A stretch of DNA of 64,000 nt from Pecten maximus (taxonomy: Eukaryota), in assembly GCF_902652985.1 (NCBI RefSeq), contig NC_047025.1:12400001-12464000 (forward strand), written 5' to 3'. The first letter of the stretch is position 1. Each line of letters starts with the position of its first letter. This document shows, in pieces, positions 50,310 to 64,000 of the stretch. The notes beneath the pieces are model-generated. The model was not told where the DNA came from. It ran no database searches and saw only the letters and a program-made list of their open reading frames with translations. A program made the translations under genes and the position numbers.

Positions 50310-53300
50310 CTATCTGACTCCGTCGATAGTCAGAATTCCGAGCGTTATCAGAGTATACGTCGTGCGGCATCCGTCGTCCGTCTGACGTGAAGTTTTCCAT
50401 TTTTTCATTACCAAGAGTTTCAAAGTCATAATATTTAGGCGATAGGTTCCTTGGACGAGGTCTGACAAAGATTGCCAGGGGAAATTACATTAACCCATAG
50501 CGAAGGGCACGGGGTCATTTGGTGGGTGATAGGTTCCTTAGACGAGGTCCGAAAAATGCGTAGAGAAATTATCTTGACCTATAGCAAAGGTCACAGGGGT
50601 CGAATTTGTTGACATTTAAACGTCTTCTTCCCACAATCTAATACACTTAATATAATCATGATATTTGGTTGAAAGGTTCCTAGGATGAGGCCAGCAACGT
50701 TTCCAAAAAGAAATTACTTTCACCAATATTCAATGTCACAAGGGTCAACATTTAAATGACTTCTTGTCACAAACCAAAAAGTTTCAAATTTGCTAAAAAG
50801 TTAAAAGGAGTTTTGCTAACAAACCGAAAGGCCTAGAAGCATGGTATTTAGCTGGTAGAGCCCTGTGAAGGAACCCCGCAATGCGTCCAAAAAGAAACGA
50901 CATTGAGCGCTATTTATGATCACAGGCGGTAAATTTGTTGAACTATTCAAACGACTGTTTCTTACAAACCAAAAGCATAGAGTCATGATATCTGACTCTT
51001 TGGTTCCTGGGATAGAGCCCTATAAAGGATGTGAAAAGAAATGGCCATGACCCCTTCTCAAGGTCACAGGGGTCAAATTTGTTAAAACATTCAAACAGCT
51101 TCTACTCAAAAAACAAAATGCCTAGAATCATGATATTTGGCTGGTAGGTTCTTGGTACGGAGTCCAATAAAGGATGTGAAAAGAAATGGCCATGACCCCT
51201 TCTCAAGGTCCCAAGGGTCAAATTTGTTAAAACATTCAAACAGCTTCCAAAAAGGCTTATAATTATGATATTTGGCTGGTAGGTTCTTCTAATGACACGC
51301 ACCAAAGTTTGCAAAAACAAATTACCTTGATCTATATTCAAAGGTCATAGAGGAAGATTTTTTGGTTTGTAAAATACTAGGATGACACCACATAAAGAAA
51401 TTACTTGAACTGTATTCATGGTCACAGAGGTCAAATTTGTGAGAGAAAAAAAATATTGAGGTTCTTCAAAATGGTGGCCATAGTGAACATCTTGGATTTC
51501 TAACAGACCTGACAAAAACACTTACTCAATATGTCTGGTAACTGCCATCTTAACCTTACTACCAAGATTTACATTTTGTTTCAGAAACAGATAATTGCAC
51601 AATTATGTTTCAAAATGGATGTCATAGCTACCCATGACAAAAAATATTTACACCTTCTCAGGAAAGTCTCAGTACCATTTCAATCATCAAACCCCGGTGA
51701 TGGAGCTTGAGCAGATGAAGTTTAGATTTTTTCCCCCTCAAAATGGCAGCTATTAGCCATTTTTGATCAATTCGAAAACATATTGGGTAATGCGAGTGAA
51801 AATATATCAAACTCTTTGAACTGGAGCCAGATGTTTTTGAGATATATTTTTTCAAGTTTGCAACCATCTTTCTTGGATTCCCAACCAATCCAAAAGCTAA
51901 CACTAGGTCAGAACCATCTATGGATCATTCTTGGGTCTGAATTTCAGTTAAGACCATACACAACACATCAATAGATGTCCTGTCTGAATACACCTCGTCT
52001 TCATACAATTAACTTTCTATCAATTCCAAAATTTCAAAATGGTGGCTATGACGGCCATCTTGAAAATTGGCATACGGTAGGTTCAAAGGTTAAAACTTCA
52101 GTTCCTATACTCAACTTATAAGGGATAGTCCTATCATGATATTACTATCTATTCAGGAGAAGAAGTGATAAAATATACAAGAGTTGTTGGAGAACAGCAT
52201 AGCTTGTCTCGCAAATGTTTGACAATAAATAATCAAAATATATTGATTGGAATGGTTTCGCAAATTGCATTAATTATATTTATATTGTTTACCTGATCAG
52301 ATTGTTTTGTGAATTCATGCAATTTTCAAAACCATACCATTTTATATATATATATAAATTATTTATTCATAAACATTCGGGAGACAAGCTATGCTGTTGT
52401 TAAATGAATATATTAAATACAAATGTAATTGCTTTTGGACATATTTCTTCAATTTTTTGACAAAATATTATCCTAATGAGAGTTGTCTCCCTTGAAAAAT
52501 GTGGACCAGTATAAATTGTCTATTGTGAGCATTTCCACATTGTTTTATTTTCAGTTTCACCCCAAGAAGGGATAGTGTAATTCCATAGGGACTCTTTTAC
52601 CAAATATCAGCACCCTAGTACATCATAAAGTGACGTGTTAATAGCTTTCAACATTTGCACACAAATTTTTAAAATGTGTTTTTTCCCCAAAAAAATCTTT
52701 CAGTTTAACTCCGACAAGGGATAGTTTAACCCCCACAGGGAACCTAATACCATGTATTACTATGGCTTTCAACACTCACAACATAAACTTAACACAAAGT
52801 CCAAAGATTTAAAAGCAAAAACAAAAAAACACAGATTTAAAAAGAAAAAATCAATTTTTTTTTTAAAGTTTTACTCCAGGAAGGGATTGTCTTACTCCAT
52901 AGGGACTCTATTGCGAAATATCAGCACCCTAGTACAATTATAAAGTGATGTATTAATACCTTTCAACACTTGCACCAAAAGCTAAACGCAGAAATATTCT
53001 TTCAACACTTGCACCAAAAACTTGACGCCAAAAATTTTCAAAAAACTGTTTTTTTTTCCAAAAATCTTTTAGTTTAACTCCGGCAGGGTATAGTTTAACC
53101 CCCACATGGACCATATTACCATAAATTACTATGCCTTTCAACACTTGCACCAAAAATTTAACATTTTAAAAACCAACACCGACGCCGGAGTGACGACATA
53201 AGCTCTCACTCTTCTTCGAAGAGACGAGCTAAAAAGACATGGTGTCAATTTCATATGAAGTTCCTACTGTTCAGGATCGATTACAGACCAAGCCTACTCA

Positions 53301-53430
53301 ATCCTCTGTGTTTACCATTATCCCTTCAGGAGGAGTAGTGATAACAAGACAGTTTAAAACAGATGGACAGACGAATGCATAGACAATGTGCCATGATTAA
53401 AGCTCAACTTTTCAGCAGTAGAGCTAAAAA
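50310..53430. mobile_element. Cluster of degenerate Helentron/HINE-like elements with internal tandem repeats
   Basis: CGTCGTCCGTC microsatellite near 50372; ~130-bp units containing TGACC...AAGGTCACAGGGGTCAAATTTG; terminal stem-loops AGCTC...GAGCTAAAAA near 53201-53235 and 53402-53430. Confidence 0.6.
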
Positions 53431-56085
53431 CAACAAAGTATTTAGTAGATTATGAAGTTTTGCTACTTTAATGTTTAACTTCAAATGAACTCTTCATAGA
53501 TTCTCTAGATGTCTTTGCAGAACCAACAACATGTATATTAAATTCAAAATCTGTAAGTTACTTATATACATGTAAATGATACAGTTTTTGTAGAAAATCA
53601 TTTTTGAGGTGATTTTTTCTTTCAATGAAAAGTGTAGCTTTTGGTTTCATCATCTGCCATAAAATGTTAACAAGCATAACTGAATTTCTAAAACTAACGG
53701 TTGATAATGAATATAAATTACGTTATTTAACTAAGCAAAGATGAATTTTTCATAACACACTGCATACTAGAGTCTATGAAAAAAAACTCTTTTCTATAAA
53801 GCATAATTCCAATTTGATCAGAATAAATTACCGGTATCACACATGCTTGTATTGACTGTCATGGTAAAATTAAATTATTCAACACTTCAGCACTACATTA
53901 AAACACTTGTAAAAACACAAGGAACCTGAAGAATCACAGTCCAATCTAACTTAAACACCCTCCTGTTTCTGTGGTTCTGCATTGAAATTGGTCTTTTCAG
54001 GTTCAGTTAACACGAAAACAAGATTTTGTCAAAGTTGTCTCTTAATACACTTCATCATTACATACACAAGTGGTTTCTAAGGCAGGTTAGAAAACCACTT
54101 GTATATGCATTATATAATTAATCATTATCAATTTAAAACTTGTCCTCAAAATTACTTTACTTTTTTACTGTTCATGTACAATCTCTTCAAGATGGCTTAA
54201 AATTGTGATCGTTATCCTTGTATTATTAACATGTTGTAATTATAAAACTGGGAAAGGTAACTCTTATTTGAGTAAAGTTGCTTCATCTCTGACAAAAAGC
54301 AATTATATTATGTTCAAATGAAAATTATTAAAATAAACTCTTTATATATTTTTATACAATAAAATGTTTTTTACACAAATTACCACCCTCCAAGAGTTTA
54401 TCTAAAGTCAATGGTCAGAAAAATCAGGTTTCACTGTACTGTGTAAAGTTTCGCTCTAATTGGTCAAAAACAAAACAAAAATGTATTTTCACAGCAAAAT
54501 CGTATATTTTCACTGCTCATCGCTGCAGTGAAAATGCATGTTTTATCAGTTTGATAAATTTCTATATTTCCCTGGCAAAAAATGCAATAATGTTTATACA
54601 TGACTTTTCCATGACTAGTATGGTATGTACACAGTCAACTTCATCAGACAAATGACAAGGGCAAGTATGTAAGTGTACACATACACAAGCATGTGCACAC
54701 AAAGGTGTTAAATGTGTACGAGTTGTCTTTGAAATTTGAAGATCCATGTCAATTTCAGCTATGCTGTTGTGTTATATTACAACACTATGGTGTTGTATTG
54801 TAATTGGACAGAATTGACTCGATTCTGTATCTCTTTGCCTATTACCTGGTCATATATGTGCAAGTGTGCCATCATTTCAATAGAAATAAGAAAGACCAGA
54901 ACAACAACATTTTTGTAGTTCTGAATAGACCTGAACTGTATCATGGTATAGATCTATGAATTGAGAAAAACAATACCCCAGAAAAAAGGAAGCATTTTTC
55001 ATGGTCCCCTTGAAAGCCATTATAACTTACTGTGTATGTGTGTATATTATTATATATACATATAACTTTACATATATAAATTTTGAATATACATATATAC
55101 AACACTTTCTTATCTCTCCTATTTCATCATTATCACCATCACAGGGTCTTGACACAAATTTTCGACCCACGGTTCATATATATTTTTTAGAGTATCTACA
55201 TGGACTGTGATCACTGTATTATGGAAATACATCACAGATAAGTTGCAATTGCTTGTTGCTCTTCAAGTTTATCAATTGTCATTAATGGAATGTCATTCCT
55301 ATGAATGGTATCTGCTAGCTTTAAGCAATGCAGTTCATGTATTATAACCCTTTTGACACGTTAAAGAAACCTAAATATGTCTGTAACAGATATACAGTGT
55401 TCCAGGTAATTGATTGATGGGCAATATTTCTACCAAAACTTTTGAAACACGAGGGCTAGGGGTAAAATTTTATTTCATATGTCATTAGTACCCAAAAGGT
55501 TACACATACAGTCATAACATGGTCACTTAATTTGAACATTGTGGGGTAATTAACACAATTTTTCAGGTGCAAATTTTGATGGGTATTTCAAGCATGCATG
55601 CAGCTTGACTTGTATTGAATACATGTTGGCAAAGTTTGATGATTTTGAATCGACATCTTTAATAGCTTTCATAAGGAAAACTTAAACAGTAATTACAGTA
55701 TTCACATTTTAGATTTTTCAACTTATCATATTAAAAGCATGCAAATGAAAATGAGAAAATCAAAGAGACACTATGAATCCATTTCCAACAATTACTGCTA
55801 TATACATGTATATATGTTAAAAATCATTCATCAAATCACCAATGTACAAACAAATACCAGTTATTGTTCTCACACCTGCTGTTGACATCAGATGAAAAAA
55901 AATGTTGACCAATTCCTGACGGAAAATAACTAAAACGGCCCCACTTGAAAGCAGTCGGAAAAAATATATCACAACACTTGCATTAATTCAGCCTCGCATT
56001 CAAGGAAATATGCTGCATTTCTTAAATCTGTATGCGACATCTTCTGCTTAAATAATTACACTCTCTTATGTTAGCTAAATTGTAT

Positions 56086-58591
56086 TCATTTCTTAGCACT
56101 GTTTCCGTTTTTTCTTTTTGAATTTTTCCTGTTAAGTCGAGATGATCTAAATTTAAGCAGAAACCTGTCTCTTCTTGATTTAATGTTTGAAATAAACCTC
56201 CTTCCTGCAGCTTTCATTTTTCTAGTCCTCTGCACATTGGCAGTCCTTCTTTTCGCCCTTGCGTTTGCCCTGCTTTGTTTGAACTTCATCGTGCCCTGAT
56301 CTTTAGCATCCTTGACTCCTTCCTTAAAGAGGCTCCTTAATTTATCTTCTTGCTTCAAAGGAGGAATTTTTGCAGTCTTCCTCATGTACTTGATGGCCAT
56401 ATTTGTGCCACCAATGGTTACTGTGTACCTAGCCGGAGTAGCTAACTTGTACATCAGGTATGCGAGTGCCACATTTCCAACACTTGATGACTTAAACGGA
56501 TTTGTAATTGTTTCACTGAAGCCCAAATTCTCTAGAATTGCCACAATGTCCACTCCACTGAAAATTCAGAATAAATTGCTTAAAATTTTGTAAAAATTCA
56601 GAATTGAATGAAAATTAATACATTTTTTTAAACTATTGTTCAAATCATGGCCTGGACAGTTCAGACTCTGTTCATTTGGATTTTATCAATACATTTCAAA
56701 TAATTAAGTGTATGGGTTCAATGATAAAAGTCACATTCCTAGCTTGCAAACCCTCCATGTTTTAGGTTATAAGCACTTTGATATATGTAAAATGTGTTAT
56801 AACCAGTGTTTTAACCGTAAGTTCTACAATCTACTAGATATGAAGTTTTTGATCAATATATATGTTTTGTCAAATTAAAGAAGTCTTATCTATATTCCTC
56901 TGGTTGGTATAAAGTACACTATATATCCTACACTTATTGACTACTAATACAAAGTACTGCTGTAACAAATTTTGAAGATTTCCTATATCCTCTGTAAAAT
57001 AGATTTTTTAAAAACATCTTTTATAACAGGAATAGGAAACAAACATATTTTTGGTTTTGCCTTATATGTCATATAGATGTCATATAGATATTTACCTATC
57101 TACAATCCCGTAGAAACTTCCAAACCAGACACATGATGTTAGCAGATGCACGCCAATGAGAACCTTTCCATGTTCCTTATAAGTTTTCTTAAATCTCTGC
57201 ACCAAAGAGAGTTGTTCTGTGGGTTTCTCAATGTCCTTTCCTTCTTCAACAGGTTTCTCAACACCTTTTTGTTCTTGTGCTTTTTTACTTTCGTCTGTGG
57301 AATTTTGGTTTTGTTTCTGCCTTTGTTGTGTCTGCACACTGAAACGTCTGGAAATGATGTGATTCTGATAGCGATTCATCTGTACATTGTTCACATCACA
57401 GTGATCAGATCCAAACAAAGGTATACTTCTCCGACATGTTAATGGGTTTTTGCTGAAGGAATCTGATGGGTGCAGTTGCAGGCTCACCAAGACTGGACGT
57501 GTCCTTTCTGAAAATGAAATTGTGTTGTTTATATTGGACTCTTTCTAAATTCACTGAGAATTTACAAGAAATATGAATTAGGTAAAGAGGAAATTTAATC
57601 AAAATTGACATGATATTGAAAATAAATCACTCCTAAGTTACATATAGAAGTGTTAAAATACATAATTGATAATAATTAACATGACTTGTAGTACTTAGCA
57701 AATTGGCTACTATTGCCAATTTTATTTCCCGGGAAAGCTGGCGATATATTAAACCTATGTCAGAAATAGCTATATGTAGGTCAATTACCTACTCCTATGA
57801 TATAAGAGTTTGCTGGTCAGCCGATTTATTATTATTATTGTGCTGACTGTAACCAGGCGCCTGTCAAAATTTTCTCGTTGCGTTGAATTATGATGTCCAG
57901 ACTACTATTGAAAATAGCCTGGTAAATAAGCTAGACCATGTGTCCCAGAAGGAGAAGCATCTACTGGCCTGCTTCTTCAATGACACTGGTCATGCAAATC
58001 TTGGTAATGTCCTTTTAATGCCAGGCTCTCAATATAAGAACAAGGGTGGCACCAACAGAACTAGCATAACTGCTCTTATTCCACTAAAACTAATTACCAA
58101 TACCATTACAATTTTTGAGTCTGCGATTACATATGTATTGTCAGCGGATTCAATGACCTATTAATGTTATATATATACGATGAACCCTACAATACAGTAT
58201 TGACTAGCCCGAGTTTTTTCTGGCCCTGACACAAAGTCTAGTGTACATGTCAACGCCAGAGAAATTTCGGGCTAAGTATTGACAAGTATTTCATATATTT
58301 ACACACACAAACACACCTCTCTCTCTCCTCCCCTCACAATCACCGTCAGTGGCACACACACCAAAACCGTAACAAGAACAAAACGTCAGATGTGCCAACA
58401 TTACCATGTACTACAGTTCCTGGACATCTAAGTGCGCGCGTGTCTTGAGTCACCGTCTTCAGAGATGTCCATATCCATGGACGCGCCCTAACGAACTCTC
58501 CGGGGTCGGGGACATGTCCAGTTCGGGATATAGGCTGTCGACATAAATGTTGGACCGTTCTGTGAACGGAAACACGAGCTGAATTAAACAT
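56086..58591 (-). CDS. FAM210A: FAM210A (DUF1279 mitochondrial inner-membrane protein), 356 aa
   Basis: Exons 58591-58405, 57507-57096, 56557-56086 total 1071 nt. Arg/Ser-rich presequence-like N-terminus; LSLVQRFKKTYKEHGKVLIGVHLLTSCVWFGSFY...SGVDI...ALAYLMYKLATPARYTVTIGGT matches the FAM210A signature. Confidence 0.92.
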
Positions 58592-59300
58592 ATTACTTAA
58601 ATACCTTATATATCATCACCTTCATAAGAGAAACAACACTTTAAAATGATGCAAGTTCATAGAGAAATGACAGCGAGATAAGACTCGATTCTAAGGTGTT
58701 CGATGCCCGGGAATGTCATCCAGCTAAATATGCTAAATACTATATGGTCAAGCACATCGTTTATCGACTGTATTATCCTGATTTCATTTGAGTGTTATTT
58801 GGGTTTTTCTTTTCTACTTTCTTCACTTAGTTTTAAATAAGAATGCAAATTGAAAGTTTAAACCATTGGTACGTGTTTCCAAGCCATTTGATAGACGAAT
58901 AGATATAAACAACGGAATATTGATGTTGAAAATGTACCGGAAGTTGTAGAGTCGGGTCGTCTGCTCCTATACTATCCTACATTCCCTAGAATTATATTTT
59001 TAGGTACAAGATGCAATCGATTCGTTCTTCGTGGATTTTTTCCAAATCTATTTTTGTCATCCCGTCTTTTTTGGGCAGGCGCGTTCATTATTATCTCATT
59101 AGATGTCCCTGGTTTGGAAGAAAATAAAACGACTGAAAATTGACTTTTGACAAACAATTGCAAAATGACTTGCGCAAGTCTAATATAGACGGTAACAGAT
59201 CTATCTAACCGATAAATATTTTCGGTAAAAAAGTGGTGTTGTTTTAGGTGAAGTCATTGAAGTGGATAGCATTTTTGGCCATGTGGTAAACAAACTATCA
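58592..59300. promoter_or_regulatory. Probable bidirectional promoter between FAM210A and RNMT
   Basis: CpG-richer stretch between divergent genes; ETS-type CCGGAAGT at 58937-58944; 14-bp palindrome GACTTGCGCAAGTC at 59167-59180. Confidence 0.5.
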
Positions 59301-60069
59301 CAAATAGGATAGGCAGTGATTTTACTACAACATAACCTATTTATTGTAACAATATTTACGATTTTATTCGTGTATTTTATTCAATTTTCTGTGCCAATGC
59401 TAACTCCCATACTTTTAAACATTAAAATGAATAATTATAAATAATTCTTGTTTTACGACATCAGTTTTGATTTCCATCATAAACATCCCGACCACGAGAA
59501 AGAATAAAGAATATTGTGAAGATCCGCTTTCAGCTGTATGTGTGTTCCTGACGAGCTAAATAGTGGCAGGTTCAGGTTGAGCACTTAGGTACGACGTTTA
59601 CACACATATAAAAGGCGTGTAAATGTTATTTCTGTATCAATATGTCCGTATAATGCGTCAATATGAGAATATCATGGTTGCAGTTTTTGCCCATCTATTA
59701 TCTACCAGTTAAAATTAAAAAAAAAAAAAAAAAAGGAGATAAAAACCGCAAGACTAACGTTTACGTGGGTTTGTAGTTCATTTTCTGCGTTGATATTTAC
59801 CATCTGATGATCACCTTGCAAGGTAAATGTTCTATTTATAAAGGTGTTGGATTATTAAAAGGAGCAATCTGTAGGTCAGATTTACTATCATTAGACAATT
59901 GCAAGTTTCACCACATGTTTAGTGTTGCATTATAAACTTAGCTAGAAATGCTTATTCCTTATATCAGAGACATACATGTCTCTGCTTATATATAGGTATG
60001 TCTGGCTTATTTAATAATATCATATGTAAGATTCTATCATCCAATCACGGGTTCGTTACAAATCATATA

Positions 60070-60536
60070 CAGACAAAAACCTGTATTAAGCGGCCACCCA
60101 AGGGACCGACAGATATTGGCTGCTAAGGCAGGTGGCTGCTTAAACCAGGTTGGCCAGAAACGGCCTGTTGCCTAATTCTTTTTTCAACAGATTATTGAAT
60201 TTATCATATTACAATGCACTTATTGATATTGATAACTCTATACAATTTAACATGTATAGTGTATTTTGAAAACCAACAAAGATAAAAGTTTTGATGAATT
60301 TGATAAAAATACTTGGTCATATGATCATCGCGGATGTCTACTTCCGGACAAAATGGTCGCTTAATACAGGACGATGCGACGACTCGGGGCAGATGTTTGT
60401 GGCCGTTGGCCGCATTAGACAGGTGGCCGCTTATTTAAGGTTAATTATATAGTGTTTTCCATCGGGTGGACCACAGACTGGCCACTTAAGGGAGGTGGCT
60501 GCTTATTCAAGGTGGCCGTTAGAGCAGGTTTGACTG
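60070..60536. mobile_element. Tc1/pogo-type MITE nested in a small hairpin MITE
   Basis: TA|CAGACAAAAACCTG...CAGGTTTGACTG|TA with repeated AGGTGGC(C/T)GC motifs. Flanks (CACGGGTTCGTTACAAAT / ATTTGTAATGAACCCCTGTG) are halves of the hairpin repeat seen near 16080, 26104 and 33496. Confidence 0.75.
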
Positions 60537-61671
60537 TATATATATGTGTGACCAATCTTATATCATTTGTAATGAACCCCTGTGCCGTGGTCCAATCAAG
60601 TGCCTACAAGTAGCTTATAGTTTACATATAACATGGTTTTACAAGCATCATAACATTGGCATGTTACTGTGGTTTCACTAGGCATATTCCTATTTGGCAA
60701 TTAGGGTTTGAATTCCAGATTAGGGGTGAAAATACCTTGGGCTACCTGACCAACAATGTGGGTTTTTTCCAGATACTCTAGTTTAATTTCTTTCAACAAT
60801 ATTACTCCTTGCGCTCCCATATGATCCAACAATATTGATGAGTGTAGGTTGACCTTATACTTGTTTTGCAATTGTTGTGAAATACATGTATATAAAGTTT
60901 ATATAGTAAACCACAAACTTGATATGCTGTGTCTTTGCTAGGCCTCAATCTATACCAATACATGTATATATAAATAAAAAACAACATAGATCTAGGATTA
61001 AACATGTAAAATGTTTACTGCTAACTTAATAGCATTCAACGTAATGCATTTAAGTAGTTAAGCATGTTCAAGTTTATGTTTAGTATATTAAATTATTGTT
61101 TAAATCATTAATTGGTGTTTTTACACATTAGCTGGTCTTTTTGTTTTGTTTTTGTTCTGCTTTTTTGCCATGAACAGCTCCTGAATGGACATCCTATGAT
61201 ATGGGTTCTAGAGCATTCTAGAAATTCCCACTAGCTTGAACTAGTAAGGTGACCTATATATATAGGCCTACATGTATACTCTCCAATTTTACATCACACA
61301 AAATTATTCATGTGAATTTATATTTACTTAATACAGGTGTATGATCCTTTGAAAAGGATTGGAAAACTTTGACTTCACATGATATTGGCCCCAGGATGGC
61401 AGAATCAAATGTAAGTACATATGTATGGACAAACAGGAAAGAGATAATTAATTTAAAAATATTTTTTGAAGTGACCACAAAAGTACATGCATTGACCTGA
61501 CATGGCAAAACAGGACAAGTAATATTTGTCAGTGACAGAAACTCCCAATTTAAAATATGAGATGCCTGTTCCTTTTTATTTTTTGTAAAATTGGTCATGA
61601 CCATGAGACCTTTCTTATTAAAGTCATCAAGATTCTTTTTCGTTTTGATTTGACATTGTCTGTCATTTTAG

Positions 61672-61821
<150 letters not shown>

Positions 61822-62182
61822 TAAGTCAAATGTAATAAGTAATTAGATAAAGCCATGAAAAATATTGAAAACTCTTTTCTTCAAGATGAAGAGTACCATT
61901 TTAGTTAAGAGACACAGTTTATGACAACAGTTTAACCTCCTCCTGCAATGCAGTGGAGATGGACAGCAAACTTGAAAAATGTCTGGAGCAAAACAATTTC
62001 AAAAACAATGAAGCATTATTTTATACCGATTCGCTTTAAAATATACTTACCAATCAGCGGAATTATGAACTCAACTAACTGCTAGTATATAAGTGCTTTT
62101 CTTGAACCACGGAAACTTGTTTTAAGTGAAGTTGACTGTACTGGGCATATCATGTGTCAAATCAGTATGACTACTATATATA

Positions 62183-62569
62183 GAGAAAACATGGTCAGTG
62201 TCTTAACATATAAGCTGTATTTTGGCGAGGGTAAAGAAAGACAAAAGTGGTGAGCCTTGGCGAGCCACTTTTGTCTTTCTGTCCCGAGCCAAAAATACAG
62301 CTTATATGTTAAGACACTGACCATGTATTCTATTTATCCTGCAACAGACATAAAAATAATCATCAGAAATAATCATTTTGAAGTGAAACGGTGTCAAAAA
62401 TGACAGACATATGTTCGCCTTTTAAACGTAGTTTCACTTTGAAGTAGGTCAGTCGAACTGCCGCACATGCTATGATTCCAAAATACAGCTGTTTTCCGTC
62501 ACTGCCGTATACAGCAAAAATATATACGGTGGGTGTATTCCGACAATGTGGTGGCAGTTGCAGGATAAA
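62183..62569 (+). mobile_element. Palindrome-headed ~390-bp repeat, copy 2
   Basis: Same hairpin and body as 37099-37467; the ORF track shows the same spurious peptide (GSDGKQLYFGI...) at both. Confidence 0.8.
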
Positions 62570-62781
62570 CATGTATATATATATTGTGTGTCCTATATTC
62601 ATCTATACTAGTATACATACACATTTTTTTCTATAGGTCGATACAAACTTTTCAGACATCACCCTTTCTACTATTTTCTCTCCACTTTTTTTGTGAACTG
62701 TCAATGGTCCAGTAATCATACTCATAATTCAGATTTAGGCCTGTAAGATATATACAACAGGAGGACTGCAGAATAAAAATA

Positions 62782-63818
62782 CAGTCAAACTTCGATGTTT
62801 CGAAGTTCAAGGGACTAGCAGAAAAACTTCGAAACAGCGGGACTTCGAATTATTCATGGTTGACAATAGATCGATGTTTTCTTGATAATGACCATATCTG
62901 TTAACGTTATATGTCCTCGGTGTCTTCGTGTTGATCGTCGCCTGTCAGGCTCACATCGAAAAGTTTAGTTAATTTATACCTCAAACACAACAAAACAAAA
63001 TTATTTTCATTAATTATACCTAAGCATTTTATTAATTAAACAAAATATGTATCGGTTACAAAACACTTATATCGCGTTTAACAGATAAAGCAAAATAAGT
63101 ACAATGCACACTTACGTAAGTCGTTAGGCTTTTCTGCTAAAGACACATGCGTTTACGTTATGTGCATATAAAATACGGAATGCCGATCGATTGGAGAATG
63201 CATGATTGGATGACAAATAATCGATTTACTTGGATATTTATGTATAAGTTTGAAACGGGACACTTTGAATATGAGTGAAGCCATCGCTAATTGTTTGTGT
63301 TTAAAATTGGTCCGGTTGTTTTACAGTTCCGTAAAATTTACTCACCGACCGCTGATTTCAATGGCGGCGGAGATTATCAGAGACGACTACCGAAAATTTT
63401 TACCGGAGTGATTAAATGTCATGGCTTCTAAATACACCTTTTATTTATCAATTTGGTGTGATTATTAATTAACCCCATGACCGGGAGTGACAACACACGC
63501 TATCGTTATCCCTATTGTCAGTCAGGGCATTTGGGGGAGAGGTGTGAAATCTTGCCGCAGGGGTCACGACAAACACCTGTCCAGTGGTCAGCACAGGTAA
63601 ATCTTTTGTTCGAATCATGAGATGTCAATTACCTATAAAATCATAGCTAACGGGTCATGAAAAAAGTTTGATACATCGAAAACTTCGATTTATAAAAATT
63701 TGAATCATACATAGTTTCGTTAGTAGTGTTATATAGTGAGAAAATTCGGGACCAAGCAAAAAGTTCGATACAGCAAGAAATTTGAATCAACGAAGTTCGA
63801 ATCATTGAGGTTTGACTG
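62782..63818. mobile_element. ~1-kb Tigger/pogo-type MITE in RNMT intron
   Basis: TA|CAGTCAAACTTCGATG ... CATTGAGGTTTGACTG|TA, with subterminal TTCGA repeats. Confidence 0.85.
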
Positions 63819-64000
63819 TATATATAAATGCTAGGTAGGCACAGGAGAAAATGTGTTTACCAGTATGATGTGGTATTGTTTTATCTAAATCTCTTGTTTG
63901 TGGCCCCAATTTGATAAACCCAGAGTCTTGTTTGGGTAGGGTTATTACTGGAATAGCCTTCATCGTTTTAGAAACAATGGTACATTTACTGTAGTCTATG

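Overview
AT-rich, intron-rich animal genomic DNA. The repeat families suggest a bivalve mollusc, which is an inference. Genes reconstructed by hand from GT-AG exons: (1) the 3' half of an LBP/BPI-family gene (+, 454-5460); (2) a complete 174-aa secreted ML-domain (NPC2/MD-2-related) gene (-, 5817-9482), tail-to-tail with it; (3) three tandem RDH/SDR9C-type short-chain dehydrogenase copies (-, 13.7-32.7 kb), each frameshifted in this assembly; (4) PABPN1 (-, 39231-46213); (5) FAM210A (-, 56086-58591), head-to-head with (6) the first recognisable exon of RNMT (+, 61672-61816). The rest is a degraded Ngaro/DIRS retroelement, TIR MITEs, Helentron-like elements, palindromic elements and minisatellites. 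The most striking structure not explained by the ORF track is five diverged copies of an ~80-90 nt box C/D snoRNA in one PABPN1 intron (42254-44076). They share an invariant 28S-rRNA antisense guide (ACATGTTAGACT, SNORD104/snR58-like), non-canonical D' boxes and compensatory stem changes. Also notable are an A-rich tract in the PABPN1 3' UTR and a candidate 21-nt microexon in its terminal intron.
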